Below, piece by piece: positions 12,250 through 24,156 of a stretch of 64,000 nt of DNA. Source of the stretch: Squalus acanthias (lineage: Eukaryota); assembly GCA_030390025.1 (NCBI GenBank), contig JASTWF010000036.1, forward strand, positions 1,860,001 to 1,924,000, given 5' to 3'. The position numbers and the translations under genes were made by a program. Numbering within the stretch: the stretch's first letter is position 1; each line of letters begins with the position of its first letter. The notes under the pieces are model-generated. The model had not been told where the DNA came from, ran no database searches, and saw only the letters and a program-made list of their open reading frames with translations.

Positions 12250-12743
12250 TAGAGAGGGTGCAGAAAAAATTTACAAGAATGGTTCCAGGGATGAGGGATT
12301 ACAGTTACGTGGATAGACTGGAGAAGCTGGGGTTGTTCTCCTTAGAGCAGAGAAGATTGAGAGGAGATTTGATAGAGATGTTCAAAATCACGAAGGGTCC
12401 AGACAGAGTAGATAGAGAGAAACTGTTCCCATTGGCGGAAGGGTCGAGAACCAGAGGACACAGATTTAAGGTGATTGGCAGAAGGACCAAAGGCAACATG
12501 AGGAAAAAATTTTTACACAGCGAGTGGTTAGGATCTGGAATGCACTGCCTGAGAGGGTGGTGGAGGCAGACTCAATCGTGGCTTTCAAAAGGGAATTGGA
12601 TAAGTATCTGAAGAAAATAAATTTGCAGGGCTACGGGGAAAGGGCGGGGGAGTGGGACTAGCTGAAGTGCTCTTGCAGAGAGCTGGCACGGGCTCAACAG
12701 GCCGAATGGCCTCCTTCTGTGCTGTAACCATTCTATGATTCTA
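12250..12743 (+). mobile_element. CR1-clade LINE 3' fragment
   Basis: ORF 12258 QKKFTRMVPGMRDYSYVDRLEKLGLFSLEQRRLRGD; ATTCTATGATTCTATG tail. Confidence 0.9.
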
Positions 12744-12764
12744 TGTGATGTACTACACATTGAA

Positions 12765-12930
12765 TTCCATCGAATTTACAGCACAGAAACAGGCCATTCG
12801 GCCCAACTGGTCTATGCCGGTGTTTATGCTCCACACGAGCCTCCTCCCACCCCTCTTCATCTCACCCAATCAGCATATCCTTCTATTCCTTTCTCCCTCA
12901 CATGCTTCTCCAGCTTCCCCTTAAATGCAT
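12765..12930 (-). mobile_element. CR1 3' UTR fragment (different subfamily)
   Basis: Reverse complement of the tail seen at 27230-27390 and 27975-28140. Confidence 0.75.
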
Positions 12931-12989
12931 AAATGTACCTGAGGGCCAGGCCGTTTCTTGTGCACTACTCCTAACTCGGGCCCTATTAA

Positions 12990-13900
12990 AAAAAAAGTAG
13001 CAATGGAGGATTCCTCAGGGCCTGTTTGCAATTCCACCGACTGCTTAACTTTGTGCGGTAGACTCCAGATGGTGCTGTCTGAGTGCCAAGAGGACCCTGT
13101 CCTATTCCAGCTGCGCGGCCAGCATGCCTTTGGATGCTTCTTCTGCCGCTTGCCCAGAGGCAGGTGCTGCCAATGTACTGGCAATGATTCGACAGCCAGC
13201 CACCTGTCCCTGTGTCTCTGTGCACCTGCTACTATAGGAGACCAAGTCGTCACGGCAGCCACTGATCGCCGTGAGTGGACACCTTTACATTGCTAACGGA
13301 TCTCTCAATTCCTCCTTCGTGTTGGCTTGAGCATGTTTCCAAGCACCTCGAAACCGGCCTTTATTAGGCTTGGAATGTGGGCCTCGACACCTTGGCATCA
13401 TCACTGGAAGTATTTCTGGAAGGCATGAGGAAAACATTTTTTACGAGGCGAGTTGTTGTGATCTGGAATGCGCTGCCTGAAAGGGCGGTGGGAGCAGATT
13501 CAAGAGTAACTTTCAAAAGGGGAATTGGATGAATACTTGACGGGGAAGAATTTTCAGAGCTGTGGGGAGAGAGCAGGGGGAGTGGGACTACTTGGAGAGC
13601 TCTTTCAAAGAGCTGGCACAGGCACGATGGGCCGAATGGCCTCCTTTTGTGCTGTATCATTCTATGATTCTATGAACTATACTTGTCACCTGTGTGCTAG
13701 AGGTCTCCACTGAAGATGGCATTGATGTAGCTTCCTCCTCAGTGATGGTCCACCATATTGCCCAACGAGGTGGCAGAATCCACAACTCTACCCAGAACAG
13801 TCTTGTGCAGTAAGACAAGTGAGTTGTTAGACAGTTTACATTCACCAAGTATCTTCCATGTCCACACTGCAGTGTTGCTCAGCAGCAGCAGCCCTGTCTC
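12990..13900 (-). mobile_element. Possible ancient RTE-like LINE 3' relic split by a CR1 insertion
   Basis: Minus strand about 13690-13790 reads LGNMVDHH*GGSYINAIFSGDL, reminiscent of the RTE 'LGHVVRM...K.I..GEL' motif. Heavily decayed. Confidence 0.35.
13420..13675 (+). mobile_element. CR1-clade LINE 3' fragment
   Basis: ATGAGGAAAAC...TGGAATGCGCTGCCTG...TTCTATGATTCTATG. Confidence 0.85.
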
Positions 13901-15332
13901 TATCCACGCCTCTGCCCCTTCCTCACTTGTGATTCACCCCGTGTTCCCTCCTCGTTAAGACCGTCTGACGTGTCTGTGCCGGGGCTGGTGCCTGCATCGA
14001 GCGATGTAGGTGATCCCGGGCGTGAAGTGAGCATTTAAGTCCTGTAACACCAGCTTCCTTCTCCTCGACTTGTGAACTTTCATTAAAAAAAAGGAGACAC
14101 ATAGGTCTTGTTATGCATACAGTTGTTGCAATTACAATGTAATAAAATCTAAGCATTTTTATCGAAGATTTAGCACGGTATTGGCTTTTTTTAAGGACTT
14201 AAAAACCAGCTTCACTCAGAGAAATCATATCTGAACTGATACAATTGCTACAATTAGATTGCGCCAGCAAATTCAAGAGCGTTGGGGACAAGTACCTCGC
14301 AAAAACTTTGATCGAGGGTTACGAGAGGTGCAGTGGGATATTTCCTACACACTGGAGCCGACCAAATGAACCACAAATGGTCCTTTTCCCAGTCCATGCA
14401 TTCCTGTGTAAATCACTTACAGAAATGCAGCATCAGAGTGCCATTTTCTTCTGCAAGTCCAGCAGTCAATTCCAGAGCCACTTCATTTGCTTGCATCTCA
14501 AAGTGGTTTACCTTGCTCACGGATTAACGTGCTCGATCAAGATTGGAGCAAATTAAACAATTGATCACCGCACGGAGACCCTGACTCTGCATTGTTCTGA
14601 GAGCATCAGTTCCACTCTCAATTAGCCAGAGGGACCTGTGCGAGTGAACAGCAGCGAGTTACACATTAAAACATCCGTGACAGGCTCAGTGAATTTGCTG
14701 GGGGAAGAAATAAAAATCCATTGCGGAGGTGGTCGGTGAGAGAAAACAAATGATTGCCCAGATTGTGGCCATTTGCTAGAGCTTGTCTAATTTTATGTGG
14801 TCTAAATCATCATCATCCATCACAGTAATAACTGTCCTTTAAAAAAGAGGGATCGGGTACTTGTTTCTTATACTCTTTATTATACAACCTGCCCTTCCAC
14901 TTATTTCTGCCTCTGAAAATGATTCTTTCTGGTCTCCGTAACTCAATTATCTGTTTCCAAATCAAACTGGGTGCAACTGTTGATTAGATTTTGTGGTACA
15001 TTTTAATGGTTATTAAGAAGAGAGTTGACAGAGAGCACAGAAGAGGGACAGATGTATTTTTTTTCCGTTTCTGCATACGATGAAGGGTTGTGGCAGCACA
15101 GTTCAGATTGTGCCGGGGCCGGACAAATGGCTGTCATGATCACTGTTTAGATCAGGATGACCTTGGACTGTTTGCACTGATCTCGTCCTCAATGTCCTGG
15201 ACAGTAAATCTTTTTAGTGGCACGAGCAGATATCCTGTGGCGTTGAACAAGGGTGAGCTGCAGCATTGTCCTGATGTCCAGGGACTAATCTGGCCTGTGC
15301 CTTTAAGGCCACTGCTCCAAATAGGCCCAGTC

Positions 15333-15456
15333 ACCGCACGGACTGCAGCGGTTCAAGAAGGCGGCTCACCACCACCTTCTGAAGGGCATTCAGGGATGGG
15401 CAATAAATGCTGGCCTTGTCCGCGACGCCCACACCCCATGAATGAATCAAAAAAAA
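15333..15456 (+). mobile_element. LINE 3' end (same family as 21370-21730)
   Basis: GGACTGCAGCGGTTCAAGAAGGCGGCTCACCACCACCTTCT...GGGATGGGCAATAAATGCTGGCCTTG is shared between the two loci. Confidence 0.8.
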
Positions 15457-16399
15457 CAAATCCAGGTAATTACAGCCTAATAAACTGTTCGCGGGCAATT
15501 TTCGCCTCTTGTAAATTTCAAGCTCCATGTCAATGACTGGCTTTCATTCTCTTTTTTAAAGATGGTTGTGCATTTGCAACAAAGTTAAGTGTGATATCTG
15601 GATTGTGAGTGCCAGAGACAAGACTTTTATCGTTATAGGTTTTTGTGATATTACCACTCAAAGGTGAGGGATGTCAATGTCAAATCTAGGGTGTGGGAAG
15701 GGAACATTCCTGACACCTCCAGGTGGGCCCAGTATGAGAAAGCAAAGCTCCCTCTTTCTGCCACAGTATTGTCCCCAACCTCAATGTACCAATGTGATAT
15801 TTCCATCTCTAACTGAGAAAGGGTTCCAATTTGTGTTGAATTATCGGCATTTTTGGGACGTGGACTTGCCACTTTGAGGAGCTGGATTGAAACAAGATTG
15901 GGGCAGAGGAGAAGGAGCTTTATTCTGCATCTCACTTTGCTGTGCCTGATCTTGGGGTGCTTGACGCTCTGACTGGGTACCAAAAGTGGATAAAATGTCC
16001 CATTCACTCGTACTAACATCCCTCACATTGATAAGCATGAAAATTGACTAAAAATGTAAACTGGTTGAGGGGGGCGGGGGGGAAGTGGTAAGTTGCATAA
16101 AACTACAGTCTCCATTGGCCATTTACTCAAAATCAAAAAGACCACAGAGACAGGAAGTATAGGCTGAAGGAAGAGCGAGAGAAGGGGAAAAGGACAGTAT
16201 GTAAAGGACATAAGCATAGAATGAAAAAAGGCCGTTCAGCCCATCAAGCCCATTCTCTTCACAGACCAAATGCAATCCGCTCCATCACCCACCCTATCCC
16301 AACCCACAGGGAAGGGTCTGTGACGTTTCTCACCATCTCCAAAGATAAAGCAAGCATAAAACCCCACACCACCCATCTGACCATACATCTTTTACAGGA

Positions 16400-19300
16400 T
16401 TGAAACATATGGCAGGTTGTGCAGGAGTCCCCTGAGTGCATCTCACTCTCCAACTAGTATTCGGTTCTGAGTACTGGTGAGGGCGATGGTTCCGCTAGGG
16501 AGTACAGCCAGAGCCAAGTCCATGGCACCACAGGTGGCTCAGCTGTACAGGCGGGGAGGAAGAAGAGTGGGAAAGCAATAGTGGTGGGGGATTCAATAGT
16601 TAGGGGAGCAGATAGGCATTTCTGCGGCCGCAGACGTGACTCCAGGATGATATGTTGCCTTCCTGGTGCCAGGGTCAAGGATGTCACCGAGCGGCTGCAG
16701 AACATTCTGAGGCGGGAGGGTGAACAGCCAGAGGTCGTGGTCCATATCGGTACAAACGACATAGGCAGAAAGAGGGATGAGGTCCTGCAGGCAGATTTCA
16801 GGGAGCTAGGAAAGAGATTAAAAAGCAGGACCTCAAAGGTAGTAATCTCCGGATTACTCCCACGCTAGTGAGTATAGAAATAGGAGGATAGCGCAGATGA
16901 ATGCGTGGCTGGAGAGATGGTGCAGGAGGGAGGGCTTTAGATTCCTGGGGCATTGGGACCGGTTCTGGGGGAGGTGGGACCTGTACAGGCTGGACGGGTT
17001 GCACCTCAACAGGGCCGGAACCAATATCCTCGCGGGGAGGTTTGCCAGTGCTGTTGGGGAGGGTTTAAACTAATTTAGCAGGGACACCAGGATGTAACAT
17101 TAGAAAGCGAAAATAAAGTGCTCAAAGGATTGGGAGAGGCAGATCGCACTAAAGTAAGAAACAGTAAGGTATTAGGGGGGGTCAAATTAAGAGAGAATAC
17201 AGGATGGTCTAAGATGGGTTTACAGTGTCTGTATGTGAACGCACAAAGCATAGTAAACAAGGTAAGTGAGCTGCAGGCACAAATAGCCACATGGGAATAT
17301 GATGTTGTGGCAGTAACTGAGACCTGGCTCAAAAAAGGGCAGGATTGGGTGTTAAATATTCCTGGTTATAAAGTGTTCAGGAAAGATAGGGAAGGAAAGA
17401 TAGGAGGTGGTGTGGCAGTATTGGTCAAGGAGAATGTTACAGTGCTGGAGAGAGAGGATGTCCTGGAGGAGTCAAGGACAGAATCTATATGGCTAGCGTT
17501 AAGAAATAATAGAGGTGCCATTACACTACTAGGTGTATTCTATAGACCACCAAATAGATATGGAGGAGCAAATTTGCAGAGAAATTACAGAGAGGTGCAA
17601 GAACTATAGAGTAGTGATAATGGGGGACTTCAACTATCCTAATATAGACTGGGATCATAATAGTGTTAAGGGCAGAGAGGGGGAAGAATTTCTGAAGTGT
17701 GTCCAGGAGAACTTTCTTGATCAGTAGGCTTCCGGCCCGACGAGGAAGGAGGCATTGCTGGATCTGGTTCTGGGGAATGAGGTAGATCAAGTGGAGCAAG
17801 TGTCAGTAGGGGAACATTTAGGGAACAGTGATCATAGTATCATAAGGTGTAGATTAGCTATGGAAAAGGACAGGGAGCAATCTAGAGTAAAATTGTTTAA
17901 CTGGGGGAAGGCCAATTTCAGTGGGATGGGAACGGATCTGGCCCGGGTAAACTGGTATCAAAGATTGGTAGGCAAAACTCTAATGGAACAATGGGCTGCC
18001 TTTAAAGAGGAAATAATTCAGGTACAGTTGAGGTACATTCCCACTAGGGAGAAAGGCAGGGCAACTAAAGTCAGAGCTCCCTGGATGACGAAAGAGATAG
18101 AGAATATGATGAAGCAGAGAAAGAGCGCGTATGACAGATGTCCGGTTGCAAATACATCTGAGAATCAGGCTATATATAGAAAGGTCAAAGGAGAAGTGAA
18201 AAGGAAAATAAGAGGGGCAAAGAGAGGGTTTGAGAATAGAATGGCAGCCAACAGAAAAGGTCTTCTATAGGCATATAAATAGTAAACGGGTAGTAAGAGG
18301 AGGGGTGGTGCCGATTCGGGACCAAAACGGAGACCTATGCATGGAGGCAGAGGGTATAGCTGAGGTGCTAAACGAATACTTTGCATCTTGTCTTCACCAA
18401 GGAAGAGGATGCTGCCATAGACATAGTAAAGGAGGAGGTAGTGGAGATAGTGGATGGGATAAAAATTGATAAAGAGGAGGTATTAGAAAGGCTGGATGTA
18501 CTTAAAGTAGATAAATCACCAGGAGCGGATGGGATGCATCCTAGGATGCTGAGGGGATTGAGGGAAGAAATCTCGGAGGTACTGGCCATAATATTCCAAT
18601 CCTCCTTAGATACGGGTGTAAAGATAAACCCAGCAACTACAGGCCAGTCAGTTTGACCTCGGGAAGCTTTTAGAAACCGTAATCAGGGACAAAATTAACA
18701 GTCACTTGGACAAGGAAAGCCAGCATGAATTTGTTAAAGGCAAATCATGTTTAACTAACTTGATTGAGTTTTTTGATGAGGTAACAGAGAGGGTTGATGA
18801 GGGTAATGCATTTGACGTAGTGTACATGGATTTCCAAAAGGCGTTCGACAAAGTGCCACATAATAGGCTTGCCAGAAAAGTTGAAGCCCATGGAATAAAA
18901 GGGACAGTGGCTGCATGGATACGGAATTGGCTAAGTGATAGGAAACAGAGAGTAGTGGTGAACGGTTGTTTTTCGGACTGGAGGAAGGTACACAGTGGTG
19001 TTCCCCAGGGGTCGGCACTAGGACCACTGCTTTTCTTGAAATATATTAATGACTTGGACGTGGGTGTACAGGGCACAATTTCAAAATTTGCAGATGACAC
19101 AAAACTTGGAAGTATAGTGAACAGTGAGGAGGAGAGTGAAAGACTTCAGGGAGACATAGACAGGCTGGTGAAATGGGCGAACACCTGGCAGATGAAATTT
19201 AACGCAGAAAAGTGCGAAGTGATACATTTTGGTAGAAAGAATGAGGAGAGGACATATAAACTAAAGGGTACAATCCTGAAGGGGGTGCACGAACAGAGAG

Positions 19301-20006
19301 ACCTGAGGGTATGTGTGCACAAATCGTTGAAGGTGGCAGGGCAGGTTGAGAAAGCAGTTAAAAAGGCTTACAGGATCTTGGGCTTCATGAATAGAGGTAT
19401 AGAGTACAAAAGTGTGGGAATTATGATGAACCTGTATAAAACACTGGTTCGGCCACAACTGGAGTATTGTGTCCAATTCTGGGCACCGCACTTTAGGAAG
19501 GATGTGAAGGCTTTAGAGAGGGTGCAGAAAAGATTTACGAGAATGATTCCAGGAATGAGGGACTTCAGTTATGTTGATCGACTGGAGAAGCTGGGGTTGT
19601 TCTCCTTGGAGCAGAGAAGATTGAGAGGAGATTTGATAGAGGTGTTCAAAATCATGAGGGGTCTGGACAAAGTAGATAGAGAGAAACTGTTCCCATTGGC
19701 GGAAGGGTCGAGAACCAGAGGACACAGATTTAAGGTGATTGGCAGAAGATCCACAGGCAACATGAGGAAAAACTTTTTTACACAGCGAGTGGTTATGATC
19801 TGGAATGCACTGCCTGAGAGGGTGGTGGAGGCAGACTCAATCGTGGCTTTCAAAAGGGAGTTGGATAAGTACCTGAAGGAAAAAAATTTGCAGGGCTACG
19901 GGGAAAGGGCGGGGGAGTGGGACTAGCTGAGGTGCTCTTGCAGAGAGCCGGCACGGGCTCAACGGGCCGAATGGCCTCCTTCTGTGCTGTAACCATTCTA
20001 TGATTC
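16400..20006 (+). mobile_element. Near-full-length, inactivated CR1 LINE (ORF1 SGNH esterase + ORF2 APE endonuclease/reverse transcriptase)
   Basis: ORF1 motifs VGDSIVRG...CLPGA...HIGTND. Endonuclease motifs YVNAQSI, VTETW, GVFYRPP, MGDFN, LDLV, SDH. RT ORF 18706-19926 has YMDFQKAFDKV, GVPQGS and FADD. Disabled by an in-frame TAG at 17725-17727, frameshifts near 16865, 17555 and 18255, and a deletion near 18620. Confidence 0.95.
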
Positions 20007-20339
20007 AATGACAGCCAACTTCCATGGCATAAAAAACGCATGAGCCGGTTTTTTAGAAGTCAAGAGATTTATGGTCATCGAAGGATGATAATATTAATGT
20101 AAAAACCAGTCAATAATGCTCTATTTTATTACTTGCCCCATGAAGCTTGCTGGATGCTGTGATTGATTTAAAGTCAGACAGAAATGCATTAGTTTAGTAT
20201 CCGCACCTGTGACACGCAGCGAATCACCAAGAAAACCATTCTCACATAAGCAATTACATTAAAATGGAATAACCTTATCGCAGGGAACAACCATGCTGTT
20301 ACAGGGAAATAGAATACAGTGCTGAATAATTAATGGCAT

Positions 20340-20992
20340 CAGCCCCTCCACTGCATCTGATTTGTCACGCTGCTTGTCCGACATCCAGTACTGGAGGAGC
20401 AGAAATTTCCTCCAATTAAATATTGGGAAGACCGATGCCATTGTCTTCGGTTCCCACCACAAACTCCGTTCCCTAGCCATTGATTCTATCCCCTTCCCTG
20501 GCCACTGTCTGAGGCTGAACCAGACTGTTTGTAACTTCGACATCCTGTTTGACCCTGAGCTGAGCTTCCGACCCCATATTCACTAACCTACGTTGGCACC
20601 TGGTCCCTGAACGCCTCCATTTTAAAAATTCTCATCCTCGTGTTCAATTACCTTCATGGCCTTGCCACTCCCTATCCCTGTAACCTCTGTCTGCGTTCCA
20701 ACAATTCTGGCCTTTTGTGCTTCCCTGATTTCCTTCTCTCCACCATTGGTGGCCGTGCCTTCAGCTGCCTGGGCCCGAAGCTCTGGAATTCCCTCCCTAA
20801 ACCGCTCCGCCTCTCTCTACCTCTCTCTGCTCATTTAAGATGCTCCTTAAAACCTACCTCTTTGACCAAGCTTTTGGTCACCTGTCCTAATATTTCCTTA
20901 TGTGTCTTGGTGTCAAATTTTGTTTGATAACGCTCCTGTGAAGCGCCTTGGGACATTTTACTGAGGCGCTATATAAATACAAGTTGTTGTTG
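20340..20992 (+). mobile_element. L2-clade LINE 3' fragment (internally deleted)
   Basis: CLSDIQYWRSRNFLQLNIGKT and GGRAFSCLGPKLWNSLP motifs; tail GCGCTATATAAATACAAGTTGTTGTTG. Confidence 0.85.
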
Positions 20993-21369
20993 TGCTTGTG
21001 TTCGGCGTTCTGAATTTGCCCCATTTATTTTGCAAGCCAGAATTCAGAGCACCAACAGCCAAGGTTGAAGTGATTGCACCGGCGCAAGATCATGCATGCA
21101 CAGTTGCTTCCAAGTTGCAATTGTGGCTTAACGTTCCTCAGTGGTCTGCTCCCTCCAACCCTATCCGCTCTTCTGTTGATGATCTTGCTCTACATTCATC
21201 AACTTCCACTAGATCGCACATCAACAGTGGCGGAAATCTCTATCTTCTTCCAGTGCAATGACTGACTCGCTGCATCTTTATCTGTGTAAATCTTGGTTCT
21301 TTCAATTCTTCAAAGCCGCAGGGGGTCATTTTCAACTTCAGCGGGTTTGGAAAACTGGTGGTAATTGAG

Positions 21370-21730
21370 TCTGCAGTGTGTACCCTCTACAAGATGCACT
21401 GCAGCAACTCGCCAAGGCTTCTTCGGCAGCACCTCCCGGACCCGCGACCTCTTCCACCTAGAAGGACAAGGGCAGCAGGTGCATGGGAACACCACCACCT
21501 CCAAGTTCCCCTCCAAGTCACACACCATCCTGACTTGGAAGTATATCGGCCGTTCCTTCATCGTCGCTGGGTCAAAATCCTGGAACTCCCTCCCTAACAG
21601 CACTGTTGGAGCACCTTCACCACACGGACTGCAGCGGTTCAAGAAGGTGGCTCACCACCACCTTCTCAAGGGCAATTAGGGATGGGCAATAAATGCTGGC
21701 CTTGCCAGCGACGCCCACATCCCAGGAACA
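21370..21730 (+). mobile_element. LINE 3' fragment (CR1-clade-like)
   Basis: ORF end RSFIVAGSKSWNSLPNSTVGAPSPHGLQRFKKVAHHHLLKGN*, followed by an AATAAA-containing tail. Confidence 0.8.
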
Positions 21731-22239
21731 AGCCGGTGTAGCTTCTCCCTTTCCTAATCCGGTTAACTTCTATCTGAATTTTATCTGCACCGTTTTGCAA
21801 TAGATGATGCTTGAGAGAGCAATTATAAAACAGAGTGAATGCTAGAATATATAAGATGAACAGACGGAACAGCAGGAAGCTATGCTAATGCCCTGGAACT
21901 TGATTCAATTTAGTGATGTAAACAGCATTTTGAAATATATTTTTATGATCACTTGCAGGCAAAGAGCCAGCGCCATTCTGCATTGAAGGTTTTGAGAAAA
22001 CAAAGGAGGGGTGGGGGGGGAACCAATATCATCTGATTTGAGAAGCTGTCTAACATGTGTCAAGTATCGCAGTGCTAAGCAGTGATTTGTGCAGGGGCCA
22101 CTCGCACAGACCTACCGTAGAAATTCCTTGTTCATGTTTACCTTTACATGATTACAATTTTTCCTTTTTTTGTAAAATAAAACACTGCCTGGGTTCAAAA
22201 TTTGGGTCAGCAACTCTTGGGTTAAAATGCTGTTTGCCA

Positions 22240-22565
22240 CATATTCCTTCAAGCGAGAGCTGGACCTGTTTCTGGCTGGGGCGGAGATCTCCTTGTACAG
22301 AAGGTAGGTACTGCATAGCGTTATCCGAGCCAGAGTGGTCTCCTGGACTAGTTTCGATCGCCTAAAGGGGTCGGGGAGGAATTTCGCTGATTCCCCAAAT
22401 TGGCCTGGGTTTTTTATCTGGTTTTTCGCCTCTCCCGGGAGATCACATGGTTTCGGGTGGGGTGGGGAGTGTATATATTGCGATACACAAGGTGTCACAA
22501 TTGTGTGGGACAGGCTGGATGGACCAGAGGGTCTTTACCTGTCCGTCATTGTTCGTATGCTTGTA
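22240..22565 (+). mobile_element. CR1-like 3' end with long 3' UTR
   Basis: TCCTTCAAGCGAGAGCTGGAC (SFKRELD) ORF end; terminal GCTGGATGGACC...GGTC hairpin and TGTTCGTATG tail. Confidence 0.6.
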
Positions 22566-23573
22566 TATTGCAAAATTGCGCATTCCCAGCACATAATCCT
22601 CAACAGGACAAAGAATAGGTGGAGATCACTCGAGGCGGATCACTAGTGAATATTGTGCGCCATTACGCACGTCTGCCCCCGTTTTTGGGGAGTACAACAT
22701 TGAATGTCCTGCAGCAGCACCTTAAAGGGGAGGTGTGCTTTTGGAGTGAAGGTTTGGAAACAATGACATTTCAACAGGAAAATATCAGCAGCAGGAATTA
22801 GGACCCAAAGCAACGATATTTCTTGACGGTGCAATGGAAATCCTCTTGGTGCAAGTGTGGCAGAGGAGGTTGGCACTGTTTGGCACCCCAGGCACAGTGA
22901 CCGCAGACAAGCAACAGAGAGTGCTTGGGAGGAGATGGTGCTTCACCTAACTGCTGAGCCCAACGCTCAGAGGACCTGGCAGCATGCGCGCAAAAAGTTT
23001 AGAGATTTCATCCAGATCGGCCAAGGCAGGACTTCCCATCATCATTTTCTATTAATTAGCTGTCCAAAGTACACAATGTTTCCTCCCCCTCACATTTTCT
23101 CGCAACACTTTGAAGGATGACCATGTATGGCCATAATGCAGCAGGGTAAAGTTTGCACCAACATCTTATACCTCTAAGTGTTCCTGCAATTATATCCTTA
23201 AAGGGATTCACCTCGAACCAATCCTTCCATCTCAGTGCAACTGAATGATGCATGCACATGCAGCCACACACAATATGGGCTGCACAATGACACTTGCTTA
23301 GAACTGATGGTCCTCTCGGCTGTTTGAACTTCTCACCTCTGCTTCTCTGCTTTCAGAAGAAGCCTGCACACAACAAGAGAGAACAACCCCAAACAGGAGC
23401 AGCCCCCACCCACCTTTGCCCCCCCCCCTCCCCCACAACTTCAAGGCCTTGATTGATTTTGAGGAGACCACCCTCCAGATCATTGGGCGAGTAGCTGGTG
23501 GTGAGGTTGGAGGCTGTCCCCCACACGCCCAGCTCAGGGTTAGTACTTTCCTTCTCAAGCTTTTCTCCCTTTG

Positions 23574-24156
23574 TGTCAGCTGTGGCTCAGTGGGTAGCAC
23601 TATTGCCTCTAAGTCAGAAGGTTGTGGGTTCAAGTCCCACTCCAGAGACTTGAGCACAAAAATCTAGGCTGACACTCCAGTGCAGTGCTGAGGGAGTGCT
23701 GCACTGTTGGAGGTGCTGTCTTTCGGATGAGATATTAAACCGAGGCCCCGTCTGCGCTCTCAGGTGGACGTAAAAGATCCCACGGTATGACTTCGAAGAA
23801 GAGCAGGAGAGTTCTCCCCTGTTTTGACGAATGGTCATCGACCTGAAACGTTAACTCTGTTTCTCTCTCCACAGATGCTGCCTGACCTGCTGAGTATTTC
23901 CAGCATTTTCTGTTTTTATTTGAGTTCTCCCCGGTGTCCTGGCCAATATTTATCCCTCAATCAACATTAACAAACACAGATTATTTGGTCATATCACATT
24001 GCTGTTTGTGGGAGCTTGCTGTGCGCAAATTGGCTGCCATGTTTCCCACATTACAACAGTGACTAAACTTCAAAAGTACTTCATTGGCTGTAAAGCGCTT
24101 TGGGACGTCCAGTGGTCGTGAAAGGCGCTATAGAAATGCAAGTCTCTCTTTCTTTT
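23574..24156 (+). mobile_element. tRNA-head Deu-like SINE nested in the Harbinger relic
   Basis: Full head, core and tail as at 2785-3280; interrupted at 23820-23921. Confidence 0.85.
23820..23921 (+). mobile_element. Short Penelope-like terminal fragment with hammerhead-like core, inserted in the SINE
   Basis: Flanked by the 11-bp direct repeat GAGTTCTCCCC (23809-23819, 23922-23932). Contains TTGACGA-atGGTCatcGACCt-GAAACGTT. Reverse copies at 43078-43180 and 46413-46477. Confidence 0.7.

Noticed and set aside
18706..19926. 406-aa reverse transcriptase as a host gene or retron/DGR-type system
   Set aside because: It is part of a CR1 ORF2 with upstream disablements and a standard CR1 tail.
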